DNA of 64,000 nt from Hyaloraphidium curvatum SAG 235-1 (lineage: Eukaryota > Fungi > Monoblepharomycota). Every line of letters begins with the position of its first letter. Position 1 is the stretch's first letter. The stretch covers positions 1-64,000 of the forward strand of contig JAIVFI010000015.1 of the NCBI GenBank assembly GCA_025558095.1, read 5' to 3'. Below the pieces are notes generated by a model. It had not been told where the DNA came from and ran no database searches. It saw only the letters and a program-made list of their open reading frames with translations. The position numbers were made by a program, and so were the translations under genes. This document shows positions 49,688 to 60,495 of the stretch, one piece after another.

Positions 49688-50291
49688 ATGCAGAGCACCT
49701 CCTACTACCCCTACGCGGCCAACGAGCAGCTCCCGCCCTACCCCGGCGCGGCCATGCCGGACGCGCCCAAGGACTTCGTCTCGGGCTACCCCGCCTACCC
49801 CGCGGCGCCCTCGACTGCCTACGCCCCCCCACCGTCTACAGTGGTTGCGGTGCCGGCCGCCGCCCCGGCCCCAGCCCCCAGTATGCCGTGGCGCTTCTGG
49901 TTCTACCTGGCCCTGGGCGCGGTGTCGATCGCCATCGGCATCGTCCTGCTGGTGCTGTTCAACAACACTGCCTACTACACTACCTGCTACAATGGGAGGT
50001 GCTACTACCGCTACGGCTATTCGTATGCCGGGTACGCCCTCATCGTGGGTTCACCCCGCCTCGCCGTCCCCGCACCTGCTCACCCCGTTCGCTCGACAGG
50101 CGACCGGCTTCATCGAGATCGCTGTCGGCCTTTTCATGATCTCCCGCTGGAGGAAAGCCAACCGGACGCCGGCTGTGAGCACCGTGGTGACGTCGTACCA
50201 GGTGCCGCCGGTGCCCGAGGCGAGCTGGAGCCTCTACGCGCCGTCGACGGTGGTCGCGCAGCCGCCGAGGACCGTGGTGACAGTAGTGTGA
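49688..50291 (+). CDS. Small Pro/Tyr-rich protein with 2 TM segments (1 intron)
   Basis: LPPY motif, hydrophobic helix, CYNGRCYY loop, intron ~50046-50099, second hydrophobic helix. Confidence 0.7.
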
Positions 50292-50387
50292 GGCGATCTC
50301 GCGACGATGAACTTCTTGTAGATACTTGATTGTCGTCTATTGCCGATTGAAGGCGCTTGTACCTATTGGCCAATGAAGCGACGAGAT

Positions 50388-51314
50388 CTAGACACCCAAT
50401 ATCCCTGGAATTGCCGGCACCATCCCCCCGACCATCAGCGCCCCCGCTGCGATACCCGCCTGCGTCGCGCCGGGCGTCGGCTGCGGGGGCGGGACGAAGT
50501 ACGGGTCCCCCGGGGCCGAATACCGCGGTTGCGAGCTCCTGCCGCCGCCGGCGACGGCCCAGCTCTGCGACAATCCCTGGAGCTGCGCCGTCAGCGGATC
50601 ACCCGCCGGTGGCTTGCCTGAGGGCGGAGCTGGGGCGTAGGTCTCGTCGGCGTAAGGGGGGCGGGAGTAAGGCATCGAAACAATGACGAGGGGTTCGACG
50701 GGGCGGAGCAGGTCGGCCATGGATTTGGGCTCCGACGGGGCGGGGGCTTTGGGGACGGGCGTGTTGGGGGCCGTTTCGACGTCCTCGGTGCGGGGATCGT
50801 CCCACTAGATGGAGACTAGGGTCAGAGGTCGAAAAAGAGGAAACCGCAGGAAGGAGACCCACTGTGCGCAAGACGGGCGACTTGGTGGTGTCGACGAAGA
50901 AGAATCTGCCGCTTGGCGCGTCGAGGACGGCAACCCAGCCTGCAGGCATGGGGGCAGAAGATCCCGCGGCGGCCCCCGCGGCCACAGGCGGGGAGTACGG
51001 CGTGTAGCCCGGCGGCCCGTGGGCCGGGGGCGGTGACGCGGCCGCCGCGGCCTGCGGGGCAGCAGAGGGCGCAGGAGCCACGGCACCGGGTGCAGCAGCA
51101 ACCGGCTTTCCCGGCGCCTTCTCGATGGCCTCGGTCCGGGGGTCATCCCATGTCGCTGGCGCCGGGAAGCCCGTCAGCCAAAGTCGGCCCTTGCGCGCGT
51201 CCCGGACCCACTCTGCGGCGGCGAGACGTTGGAATTGACGAAGTAATGTCGCTGAGATTTCGCATCGAAGTACGATTGCCAGCCCGAAGGCAGGAGGAGG
51301 GCGTTCCCGTCCAT
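50388..51314 (-). CDS. Protein with two WW domains, multi-exon
   Basis: LPSGWQSYFDAKSQRHYFVN..T|TWDDPR and MPAGWVAVLDAPSGRFFFVD..T|WDDPR, each completed by splicing. Confidence 0.85.
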
Positions 51315-51422
51315 CGGAGTGTGGCGCTCAGGGACGTCCGCCGCACACCGCCGGGCCGCCGGGGTCGCACCTCACGGTCAACCGGTGTGGCTGTTCGAGA
51401 ACGAGATCAATCAAGAAAAACA

Positions 51423-52292
51423 ATGCAAACCCACGGGAAAGATGTTGATTTCAAGGACGTTGCCCGCGGTGCTCGATTGCCCATGATGCTTTCGCCGCGA
51501 ATGGGCGACTTGGGCATCCCGCCCGATAAGATGCCGGACCGCCCGTCGGTCTATGCCTGCCTCCCCGAGCGAGGCCCGACCTTTGTCGAGGTCCCGCTGT
51601 ACGCGCTCTCGTGGGGCGGCTCCCTGCGGCGCGCCGTGGCGTGGGAGCTCGGGTTCCGCGCCGGCGACGAGGACCGCGTGGTGGAGCTGCGGTTCGCCGG
51701 CCCGCTGCAGCCGGAGCACCCCGAGTCGGCGGCGCTGTGGCGCGCCTCGCGGCCCGTGGGGGAGAAGGAGGACCTCGACCACGCCGCCGTCGCGGGCGGG
51801 TTCTTTGTCGCGCGCACGGCCGCGTGGCAGCCGGCGCCGACGCCCGTCCCGCCGCCCCGCGCCGCCGGAGCCGACCCCGAGCCCGGCGTTCCCGCCGTCA
51901 CGGTGGCGTTCCCCGAGCTGGGCCCGCCGGTGCGGGTCTCTGTGCGCGGCGTCGCAAACGGCCGCGCGCTGAGGGCCGCCGTGCGCGAGCGCTTCCGCCT
52001 GGACGCGGCGCGCTTCTCCGCGCTGGAACTGCGGCTCGCGGGCCTGGACCCGCCGGGCGGGGCCGGGGGGCTGCTTTGGGACGGCCTGCCGCCCATCGCG
52101 GACGGGGACCCATTCCCGGACAGGGAGAGGGGGTTCGACTGGGGCTGCGTCGTGGTGGCCAGGTGCACGCCAGCGGGGCAGGAGGACGGCTCGGTGGAGG
52201 AACACGGCATTTTCCGCGGCTCCGTAATGGGCTTGGTGTCTCTGCTGGGGCTCCACGGGGGGAATAGCGAGGCGGTCGGGACAGTTCAGTAG
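51423..52292 (+). CDS. Hypothetical protein with two internal repeats (possibly ubiquitin-like folds)
   Basis: VYACLPERGP..LRRAV..VELRFAG repeats as VTVAFPELGP..LRAAV..LELRLAG; start codon uncertain. Confidence 0.55.
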   Translation: MQTHGKDVDFKDVARGARLPMMLSPRMGDLGIPPDKMPDRPSVYACLPERGPTFVEVPLYALSWGGSLRRAVAWELGFRAGDEDRVVELRFAGPLQPEHPESAALWRASRPVGEKEDLDHAAVAGGFFVARTAAWQPAPTPVPPPRAAGADPEPGVPAVTVAFPELGPPVRVSVRGVANGRALRAAVRERFRLDAARFSALELRLAGLDPPGGAGGLLWDGLPPIADGDPFPDRERGFDWGCVVVARCTPAGQEDGSVEEHGIFRGSVMGLVSLLGLHGGNSEAVGTVQ

Positions 52293-52318
52293 TGCATCAG
52301 TGCTGTCTTTAGCGTACG

Positions 52319-52684
52319 CTACATGAGTTTGACACCCTTCTTCGAAACTTTCCACAGAACCGGGATTCCCGTGGTTGTGGCAGCTACGGCGGCTAGCCAG
52401 ATCGCCAGCCCGGTCTCCTCCTTGTGGAAGATGAGGTACCCAATCCTCAACAGGAGCACGAGAATCACGATGAAAGCACCGACGGCCTGCAGCGAGGGCA
52501 CCCTCTGAGCAGTCTCGAAGTCCTCCAGGAGCTTCTTGACTCGGTCTTCGGTTTCGCTCAGCCTGGTCTCGAGTCGGGCCTCTGACGTGGCATCGCGCGC
52601 GTCGGCAACAGCAGAACCCGAGCTGCCCCAAGAGCGTGAACAGGTCGGCCAATCTGGTGTGCAGGTGATGCCTGACCTGTCCAT
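52319..52684 (-). CDS. Possible small coiled-coil + 2-TM protein or fragment
   Basis: LETRLSETEDRVKKLLED followed by two hydrophobic segments; 5' structure unclear. Confidence 0.35.
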   Translation of the reverse strand: MDRSGITCTPDWPTCSRSWGSSGSAVADARDATSEARLETRLSETEDRVKKLLEDFETAQRVPSLQAVGAFIVILVLLLRIGYLIFHKEETGLAIWLAAVAATTTGIPVLWKVSKKGVKLM

Positions 52685-53689
52685 CGTAGAGGAGTACGGT
52701 GTATCTCGGTCCTTGTGGCGGGCACAATAGCCGCTGGTCCTTTGGTCGTCTGCTGCGGTGGACGTTGATCACAGCCGACGAACCATAGGTCAGCTGCTGG
52801 TTTGGAGACAAACCGGAACCGTACGCTGGACAGCGGGAACTTACAGCGCAACGGGAAGCAGGCTCAATGGGAGCCCGGTTTGTTGCGTGTTTTCGGTTGT
52901 CCACAACAAGGGAGGAAGCGATATGTCAGCACTTCTGCGAAGATGTCTGCCACCACGACGGAGACAATCGACATCGACAACTTTCGCGAAGCGCTCTTCA
53001 TCGGAAACAGATCCGATCTGCGGCACTCATCAGCCGGATGAATCGGGCCACGGGGGCAGATTCGCGCGACTCGTCAAATGCAAGATGATCGCGGGGACGG
53101 AAGAGGAGCAAAACCAGGGCACGCTGTTGCTCTGCGATCCTCCCCGTAGCGCGATCCGACGCCTTCCCCCCGCCCAACCCCTTCCCCTTCGCCCCCTCCC
53201 AGCACCTCCAGTAACAACCTGTTCCCGCCGATCTACGGGGAACTTGAACAGCGGAGAGGATTTCGGAGGGCATTGGGCGTTGGCTCACGGTCGGCACGCT
53301 TGTCTTTTGTGCGGATCAACGGGGAAGGGCTGATGGGGAAGGCGACAGGGGAGGCCGAGCTGAGGACGAGAAGGAAGAATCTGGCGGCGCTTCCGCCTTG
53401 ATGCCGTCGAAAAGGACGTGTAGTGAGGGGGAGAAGCTGAAGATCACGGTGAAGGTTGGCCCCTAGGCCTCGGAGCCCTTCATTCGGTACTCCAAGGACT
53501 TCGTGTTCCGCAGGAGGCGGCGCGGAAGAAGAACCGGAGGCGTCAGAGGAACATCATGATCACCCTACGGACGCGAGGCAAAGCGGCACTCCGCCTTGCT
53601 TGCCGCTGACTCGATCCTACGCCTCGCCGCTGCCAGTCCCCAGCCCCGTGCACCCCCTCCACCGCAAGCACCCTCGTCCCCCTGCCCCT

Positions 53690-53987
53690 CCAAGACGGCG
53701 AAGACCCCGCGGCAGCCACCCGCTTCCTCGAAGCGTGCCTGGAGCGGAACGACGCGGTCGCGCGGCGGCGGGAGCGGGAGCTCGAGCAGGTGCGGGCGAA
53801 AGTGTCGGAATTGGAATCGGACCCGGAAAGCGAGAGGGGGAGGAGGATCGAGGCGGAGGGGAGGGCGAGACAGCATGCTTCGCTGGCGGGGGGTTCGGAG
53901 GCGGTCGCGACGGCGGCAGAAGAATTGTCGGGGAAAGCTGGGGAGCTTTGGAGGCAGATCGCGGTTTTGAAGGAGACCGAGGGGTAA
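53690..53987 (+). pseudogene. Coiled-coil 3' region paralogous to the C-terminus of the CCCH gene
   Basis: EAEGRARQHASLAGG..LWRQIAVL versus EAEGRARQYESLVGG..LWRQIGAL at 58185-58320. Confidence 0.55.
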
Positions 53988-54174
53988 TTGGGGCGAAGGA
54001 GCAAGTGGTGAACGGGATCGAGGGGGAGTTTGGATCGTGCTTGAGAGGTTTTCGGAGGGCACTGTTGGAACCCCAGAGACGGCAAGCAGGTCGGGCAACG
54101 AGTAAAGAACCAATATCGATCGGGCTCCCCGTACATCCATGATACACAGATCCCATACCTGCACCTTCCGGCGG

Positions 54175-55704
54175 TCAGCGGCACACGTTGTCCATCTGAA
54201 TCCTCACCCCCAGACTCCTCGCGATCGTCCACGACCCCACAAGCACCGTGAAGGCCGTCGCCACGAACCCCCTCGCGGTACCGCTGCCCACGCGGAACCC
54301 GAGGAACTTGGCGCGGTACCGATCGGCGTCCGCGAACGAGCCCAGGAGGTTCTCGTGCTGCATCGCCGGCGCCACCGCCGGCGAGGCGAGGACGGCCGGG
54401 TCGGCGAGGGCGAGGAGGCGCTGCAGGCGCGACCGTGCGAGGGCGTACGAGGTCGCGGCGTCCTCGACCGATGTGTTGTTTGCCGCGACGACGAAGATGG
54501 TGCGGGCCATGTTGAGCAGCATGTGCACCCCCCCGGCCAGCACAAACACCGGCAGGCAGCTGGACGACACGATGTAGAGCACCGCGTCGGCGAATAGGAC
54601 CACGAGCATGGTCGACGACACCGCGGCCGGTGCTGAGGGTGCGGGTGCGGTTCATCCAATCGTGGGTCAGGCGGTCGTGCAGGGAGGCGTAGGAGGAGTC
54701 CAAAACGGGACGGTTGTTGGCCTCCACGGCACCGGACAGGGCTGCGTCCGCATCGGCGAGGAAGAAAGAGAGCGTGAGGAAGACGGCGCGGTTGTTGAGG
54801 CGCCTTTGGAGGGCGATCTGGGGCAAGCCCATCCGACGATCAAGGGCTGCACGGTCAGGCAGTACAGGGGAATGCTCAGGCCGATCAGGGTGGCGGCAAA
54901 GAGTACGCTCCACCAAACCGTCCATGTCTGCGCGCCGAGCGTGACCAGGGCCGTCCAGGCGCAGCAAAAGTGGCAGAAGATGTCGAGGGCCGCGGGGTAA
55001 ACCATGTCGGTCAGCCGGGCAGGGCCCATGACCGACAGGACGAAGCCGGCGCACGAGTCACGAGGGCAGGGACACAGTGGATCATCGCGCTGGTGCGAGA
55101 CCAGCGGCGACGAAGGCTCTTCGCGGAGGAGCATCCGGTAGCGCGCGATGGCGGCCAGGTCGAAACCGTCGAAGGAAGCGCCCGTCGTAGAGGGCAAGGG
55201 AGGCGGGGCAACGATTTCGGGGTCGCCGTCGTCGGATTTTCCCTCGACAGCGTCCCCGTCAGCGGTCGGCGCGAGCGTGCCGTCTGCCTCCCCGAAGTAC
55301 CGGAGCCAGGAGGTGCGGCCCAGCACCGTTGCGAAATAAAACACGATTGCGACGGTGGAAGTGATCGTCTGCGCGACCACTGCCACGGCCTTTTGCGTGG
55401 CGCCGAACTCGTCCCCGCCGAAGGCGTAAACCACGCCGACCAGGGCGATTTCCGGTAGGCTCACGAGAGCCCACAGATACGGCCAGCGCGCCGCAAACGG
55501 CGCGAGCACGATCTGATATCGTGCCCCTTCTAATCAGCAGCCCGGGCAGGCCGCTTAGGAGGTCGTCGCGGCCGAGCGGGGGCGCGGTTTCGCGGTTTCC
55601 CGGGGCGGCGGGGGCGCGTCGAACGACGGCGCCAGCTCCACCGGCGAGGGGAAGAGAGCCGCCCATTCCGCGGCGGAGAACTCAAAGTTGCCGCCGCGCT
55701 TCAT
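54175..55704 (-). pseudogene. Frameshifted inverted paralog of the multi-TM gene at 62216-63739
   Basis: Starts MKRGGNFEFSAAEWAALFP and ends SLGVRIQMDNVCR; split over several frames. Confidence 0.85.
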
Positions 55705-56079
55705 TCCGAGCCCGGAACGCGCGACCGGCGCCGACCTTGAATGGGTGGTTGGCGGATGTTCTCCGCGAGCATTCCGCAAAGGTGCCGCTACCACGCGTGC
55801 GCACCGCTCTTCTGATCCAGTTATCAAGCAGGTCTGCATCTTGCCATGTCCATCTCGAACCTCGCAGATTATTTATCGTCCGGACCTGGCGCGGGTTGGT
55901 GACCTCAACGAAGTGACCGGTGCGGATCCCCGACCTGGGGCACGGGAACGGAACCAGGTGCTCCTCGATCTGAGGGCGGATGTTGCGGGCGAGGGCAAAG
56001 CGCCGCCACGGGCCGATGTCAATCGGGCGACCCGAATACATCTTTTCCACGCCTCGATCCACCCCCACATCGTCTCCCA

Positions 56080-56410
56080 CCACTGGCCCAGGCGAACGGG
56101 ACTGTGATCGTCCCCGTGATGATTTGAGTTGGGGACTCGACGCACACTGCGTCGCCGTACAGCACAACCGAGTTGCAGTCTTGGCCAATCGCGAACGTCG
56201 GGCCGTTGCCGAGGTCGATGCAGGCCCCCGGCTCGCTGGTCCCCGTGACGACGGTGCAAGTTGAACGCCGTCGGGCGGCACCGAGAGGCCACGTGCCGCC
56301 GACGTCGTTGAACGAAAAGCAGTAGACCGTGCTGGCGGCGTAGCTTGGCCTCCAGCGCGGTCGAGGCAGTTGCTAGTGTAAGCGGCAGTAGAACGCGCCA
56401 TTGCGATAAG
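56080..56410 (-). pseudogene. Possible degenerate small secreted Cys-rich protein
   Basis: A hydrophobic leader (RVLLPLTLATASTALEA), then in another frame STVYCFSFNDVGG..GACIDLGNGPTFAIGQDCNSVVLYGDAVC. Confidence 0.3.
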
Positions 56411-56639
56411 GGCACCGAGTGTCCGACTGCGCCGAAAAGCGGCGGGAGCGAGGCGGGGGGTTTCAGGAAGCGTTTGATGGGGGACGCGATTGCCGGCGCT
56501 TAGTGACGGGTGGCCAGCCAGGTGTCCCTCAAACAAGCCAGACCTCCCCTCTCTCGGAGCGCTGTCCCATGTCGCGCTAGGCCACGTCAGAGAAATGCTC
56601 TCAAAATCCTTAGCAGACCGAGAATCGTCCTGCCCGGAC

Positions 56640-56918
56640 CATCGCGAGCCGCGGGTGGACGCCAAGTGCGGCGGGTGGCTTGGGGCGGTGCGGCGGGCGG
56701 CTACACTTGTAAAATGCTGCATCCCCGCCGCCGCGTTTCAAATCGTCTGCACAGGCGGCAAGAAGATGTGCGTGGCCGGGGCCTCGGCCGCCCTGACCGT
56801 GACGCAAGGCGTGAAGCGGACCTGCGACGTTACTACCGGCCAGGTGGACAGTGGCACCGGAACGTGCTCCGAGTCACTCAAGGCTATTTTGGCGGGCTGC
56901 TGCGAGGCCTCGACTTGA
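56640..56918 (+). other. Cys-rich coding-like segment
   Basis: CCIP..IVCTGGKKMC..RTCD..GTCS..GCC; start not identified. Confidence 0.3.
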
Positions 56919-57391
56919 TTTGCGCTGGTGACATCCCAGTGTGTCGCGCTCCGGATGCGTGGTTGACTTCCCCCCCACCTCGCAGGCGCCCCTCGGAGAG
57001 TTCGGGGAGCTTGCTTGAAAGGGGAAGGGAGCTTTGGAGGAGTAGGAGAAGTGATTTCTCCTGCATTGCTACTTAGACCGTGTTGATCACTCCCCAAATG
57101 AACTCGCCGACGTCGCCGTCAGATGAGTGCACAAGCCGGTCGGGGGGGAGCGTAGATCTCCCGAAGCGCTGGACAATCTAGTCTATCACCGGCCCGGAAA
57201 GAAAACGATCACGAGATCAGCGTCCAAAGTCGAGTTGCCCGCGACTGAGTGGATAGAGCGAACGGACCGTACAGCCTTACTGTTTGCGCACCATGCAGGG
57301 CGACGGGACGACTCGCAATCGAGTCATCGCAGAGTCCGATGCCGCACCTCCCCCAGAGCTCCGACTCCAGTCCTGTTCCCCGCCTCCCGCC

Positions 57392-58320
57392 ATGCCCTCC
57401 TTCGCGCACGCCATCCCCGTCGCCCCCGCCTCCCGCGACGGGCCCTACCCGCCCGGCCACCTGCTGCGCAAGTCGCGCCTGTGCCGGTACTTCTCGACCC
57501 CGCAGGGGTGCAGCAACGGGGACAACTGCTCCTTCGCACACGGTCCGTTGCTTTCCTCGGGTGAGGTTGTGGTCGGCTGACGTGTGGTGAAGGGACGGAC
57601 GAGATGCGCCAGGCGCCGCAATACTCCGCGACCCCGCGTCCGCGACCGCCTCCCCCGCCTCCGCCCCCGCCCCCGCCTCGCAGGGACGAGGACTGGGACA
57701 CGAGGAACGACGGCGGCCGGACGGAGGGCCTGGGCATCTCGACGCGGGTGGGGCGGCCCGTCGAATGTGCCGAGTCATCGGTGCTGATTCCCCCCGCGGG
57801 GGCGCAGGAACGGGACTGGCGGGGCGACGGGCGGGAGTGGTTCGAAGACCGGCGGTGGAACGATCACGGCGATACTGCAGCAGCCAAGCGCGCTCACTCC
57901 GAGGTGCCCCCGCTCGCCGCCGCCGCGATCGCCCTTTCCTGACGCGGCCCGAAAACGCAGCACGACGAACCCCGCATCAGCATCGGAACCCCTTCCACCG
58001 CCTCCACCCTCGTTTCCTTCCTCCCTCCCCCGCCCGACCCTTTCGCCCGCGCGCGGCAGCTCGAATCGCTCCTCGAACGTGCCGACGCCTCGGCCCGCGA
58101 CCGGGAGCGCGACGTCTCCCACCTCCGCTCGCGCATCGCCGCGCTGGAATCCGAGCTGGAGGAGGAGAGGGAAAGGAGGAGGGAGGCCGAGGGCAGGGCG
58201 AGGCAGTACGAGTCGCTGGTGGGGGGCCTGGAAGGGGTTGCGGGGGACGCGGAGGCGCTGGGGAGGCGGGCGGGGGCTCTGTGGCGGCAGATCGGGGCGC
58301 TGTCGAGGGGGAGCGGATGA
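57392..58320 (+). CDS. CCCH zinc-finger / Pro-rich / coiled-coil protein, multi-exon
   Basis: KSRLCRYFSTPQGCSNGDNCSFAHG (C-x8-C-x5-C-x3-H). Confidence 0.8.
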
Positions 58321-58498
58321 TCGGCATTGCGATGGAGATGGATCGTCACGGATACGAGTCGCTGGTGGGGGGCCTGGAAGGGGTTGCGGGGGACGCGGAG
58401 GCGCTGGGGAGGCGGGCGGGGGCTCTGTGGCGGCAGATCGGGGCGCTGTCGAGGGGGAGCGGATGATCGGCATTGCGATGGAGATGGATCGTCACGGA
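58207..58498. repeat. 146-bp direct tandem duplication
   Basis: 58207-58352 matches 58353-58498. Confidence 0.95.
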
Positions 58499-59283
58499 GC
58501 GTTGAAGTTCGCGCTGTGCCGCCGGTAGTACAGCAGCCCCTCGGGAACGTGGGCCACCGTCGCGTTGCGCGCCAGCAGCGCCCTGTACATGTCGTAATCC
58601 TCCTCGGCCTTTTTTGCGTCGGGTCCCTGGCCGGCCTTGCGGCTGGTGCGCATGTAGCCCCCCGCGGCGCGCAAGGCGGCGGTGCGTTGGAGCATGCCGC
58701 CCGAGTGGATCGTCGAGATGTTCCAGTACATGCCCTCGGGGACGGGGTGCATGATGCTGCGGAAGTGGTCTACGACCGCGGACGGGCCGGGGGAGGAGTT
58801 GACGAGGATGTAGTCGTACTTGACCACGTCGGCGTCGACGGCGGCGGTGCGCTCGTGGAGGTCCCTCCTGAACCAGTTGTCCGCGCCCAGGAAGATCATC
58901 CGCTCCGTGGCAACGCGGTCCAGGACGTCCTGCCAGTTCGCGATGGTCCCCAGCCGCTCTGGCCGCATCATGAAGGCCACCTCGGGGTAGAGCGCCGGCA
59001 GGTGTCCGCAGTCGCCCGCGCCGTCGTCCACGAACCAGATGAAATCGAAGGGGCGGGACTGCCCGAGCGCGGTCTCGAGCGCGTGCGCGGCGAGGTGGCC
59101 GTAGCGGAACGAGGCGACGATGGCGGTGGTCGCGTTGGGCCGCAGCGGCGCGCCGGGCGGGTGGACGGGCGGCCACAGCGACGGGTCTGTGCCGGGCGAC
59201 CGGGCGGGCGGCGGGCGCGACAGCCACGCGGCGGAGAGCACGAGGCACGCGGCGGCGGCGGCGGTGAGCGCCGGACGTCCCAT
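58492..59283 (-). CDS. GT-A fold (family 2-like) glycosyltransferase, type II membrane topology, intronless
   Basis: N-terminal hydrophobic anchor and Pro-rich stem, then FVDDG, IFLGADN, EDYDMY and LLYYRRH. Confidence 0.85.
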   Translation of the reverse strand: MGRPALTAAAAACLVLSAAWLSRPPPARSPGTDPSLWPPVHPPGAPLRPNATTAIVASFRYGHLAAHALETALGQSRPFDFIWFVDDGAGDCGHLPALYPEVAFMMRPERLGTIANWQDVLDRVATERMIFLGADNWFRRDLHERTAAVDADVVKYDYILVNSSPGPSAVVDHFRSIMHPVPEGMYWNISTIHSGGMLQRTAALRAAGGYMRTSRKAGQGPDAKKAEEDYDMYRALLARNATVAHVPEGLLYYRRHSANFNAP

Positions 59284-59408
59284 GCCTGCATGGCAGCGCT
59301 CCGAAGGGTGCCCGGATGGCTGGCCGGCGTTGTGTTTGGACCCCAACTCCCGCCCAAGGATCCGGATCCGGGTGTTTACAAACAACGGGCAAACCGCCCC
59401 TCCGCGGA

Positions 59409-60263
59409 ATGGAGTTTCTGGCCGACCGCGTGCGGCGCGACGGCTTCGCGGTGCTCCCCGCCGCGCTCACCCCCGCCGACGTCGCCGCCGCCCGCGCGAC
59501 CGTCCTCGCGCACCGGCACCTCCTGCGCAACACCCGGCCGACGCCCTCCGCCGGACACCTCGCCGGCTTCCACCGCTTCCCCGAACTGGAGCCGCTGCAT
59601 ACATTGCTCACCTCCTGCCCCGGCGTCCGCGAATGCATCGCCCGTCTGTGCCCCGGCGGCGCACGGACCATCGAGATGTCCGACATCACCGTCGACCGCT
59701 CCCAAGCGTGGCACAAGGACCTCCTCCGCGGCCCTTTCCGCACGCTGCTGGGCTGCACCGACCCGTGCGCACGCTGGCACTCCTCCGCGTTCAAGGTGCT
59801 GCTGTACCTGCAGCCCTCTTCCTCGCTGGTGGTCGTCCCCGGCTCGCACGAACGGGACGTTGACCTATCAGACGACGAGGCCGCAGTTCCCCACCCGGAC
59901 GAGGAGGTCGTCCGCGTGGCCGTGCAGCCGGGCGACGTGGTTGTGCTGGACGTGTGCTGCACGCACCGCGGGTCGGACGAGGATGCGTTCCGCCCGGGGG
60001 GGGAGCCCAAGGTGCTCGTGTCGACGGTGTTTGGCGCCAGTGGAAGCACGCTGGCGGACAGGTTGGAGCTGGGGAACGCTGTGCGGCTGGCGTGGTGGAT
60101 GAAGAGGACCGAGGGGGGAGGGGGGTACGCGGGCCGGGGGCCGCCGGAGGTACCGTTCGAGGTGTTTGGGCTGGATGATGGGGCGGAGGAAAGGCGGGTG
60201 CCGGGGAAGGATTGGCTCACGCCGGGGGAAGAGGATCGGCGGCCGGCTGGGCCGCGGCTTTAG
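59409..60263 (+). CDS. PhyH-family Fe(II)/2-oxoglutarate dioxygenase, intronless
   Basis: RDGFAVLPAALT, WHKD, LVVVPGSH and PGDVVVLD..THRG. Confidence 0.85.
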   Translation: MEFLADRVRRDGFAVLPAALTPADVAAARATVLAHRHLLRNTRPTPSAGHLAGFHRFPELEPLHTLLTSCPGVRECIARLCPGGARTIEMSDITVDRSQAWHKDLLRGPFRTLLGCTDPCARWHSSAFKVLLYLQPSSSLVVVPGSHERDVDLSDDEAAVPHPDEEVVRVAVQPGDVVVLDVCCTHRGSDEDAFRPGGEPKVLVSTVFGASGSTLADRLELGNAVRLAWWMKRTEGGGGYAGRGPPEVPFEVFGLDDGAEERRVPGKDWLTPGEEDRRPAGPRL

Positions 60264-60495
60264 GGTGGAGGAAAGGTTGAGGATCGCGGTGGTTCCGTGG
60301 GGGCAGGCCGGGGCGCTGTTGCAGGGAGCGACGGCATTGCGAAATCAATGCTCTGCTTGAAACCTTGGAAGTAGAAGTTGGGAGCGGGGCCCATGCCCAC
60401 GGCCAGTGAAGCCGGCCTGTCTGTTGGCGCCATCGTTCACCTTTGCCTCTCGCGTCCCACCTCCGCCATCCAGGTCCCCTCTCCGCCCGCCCGCG

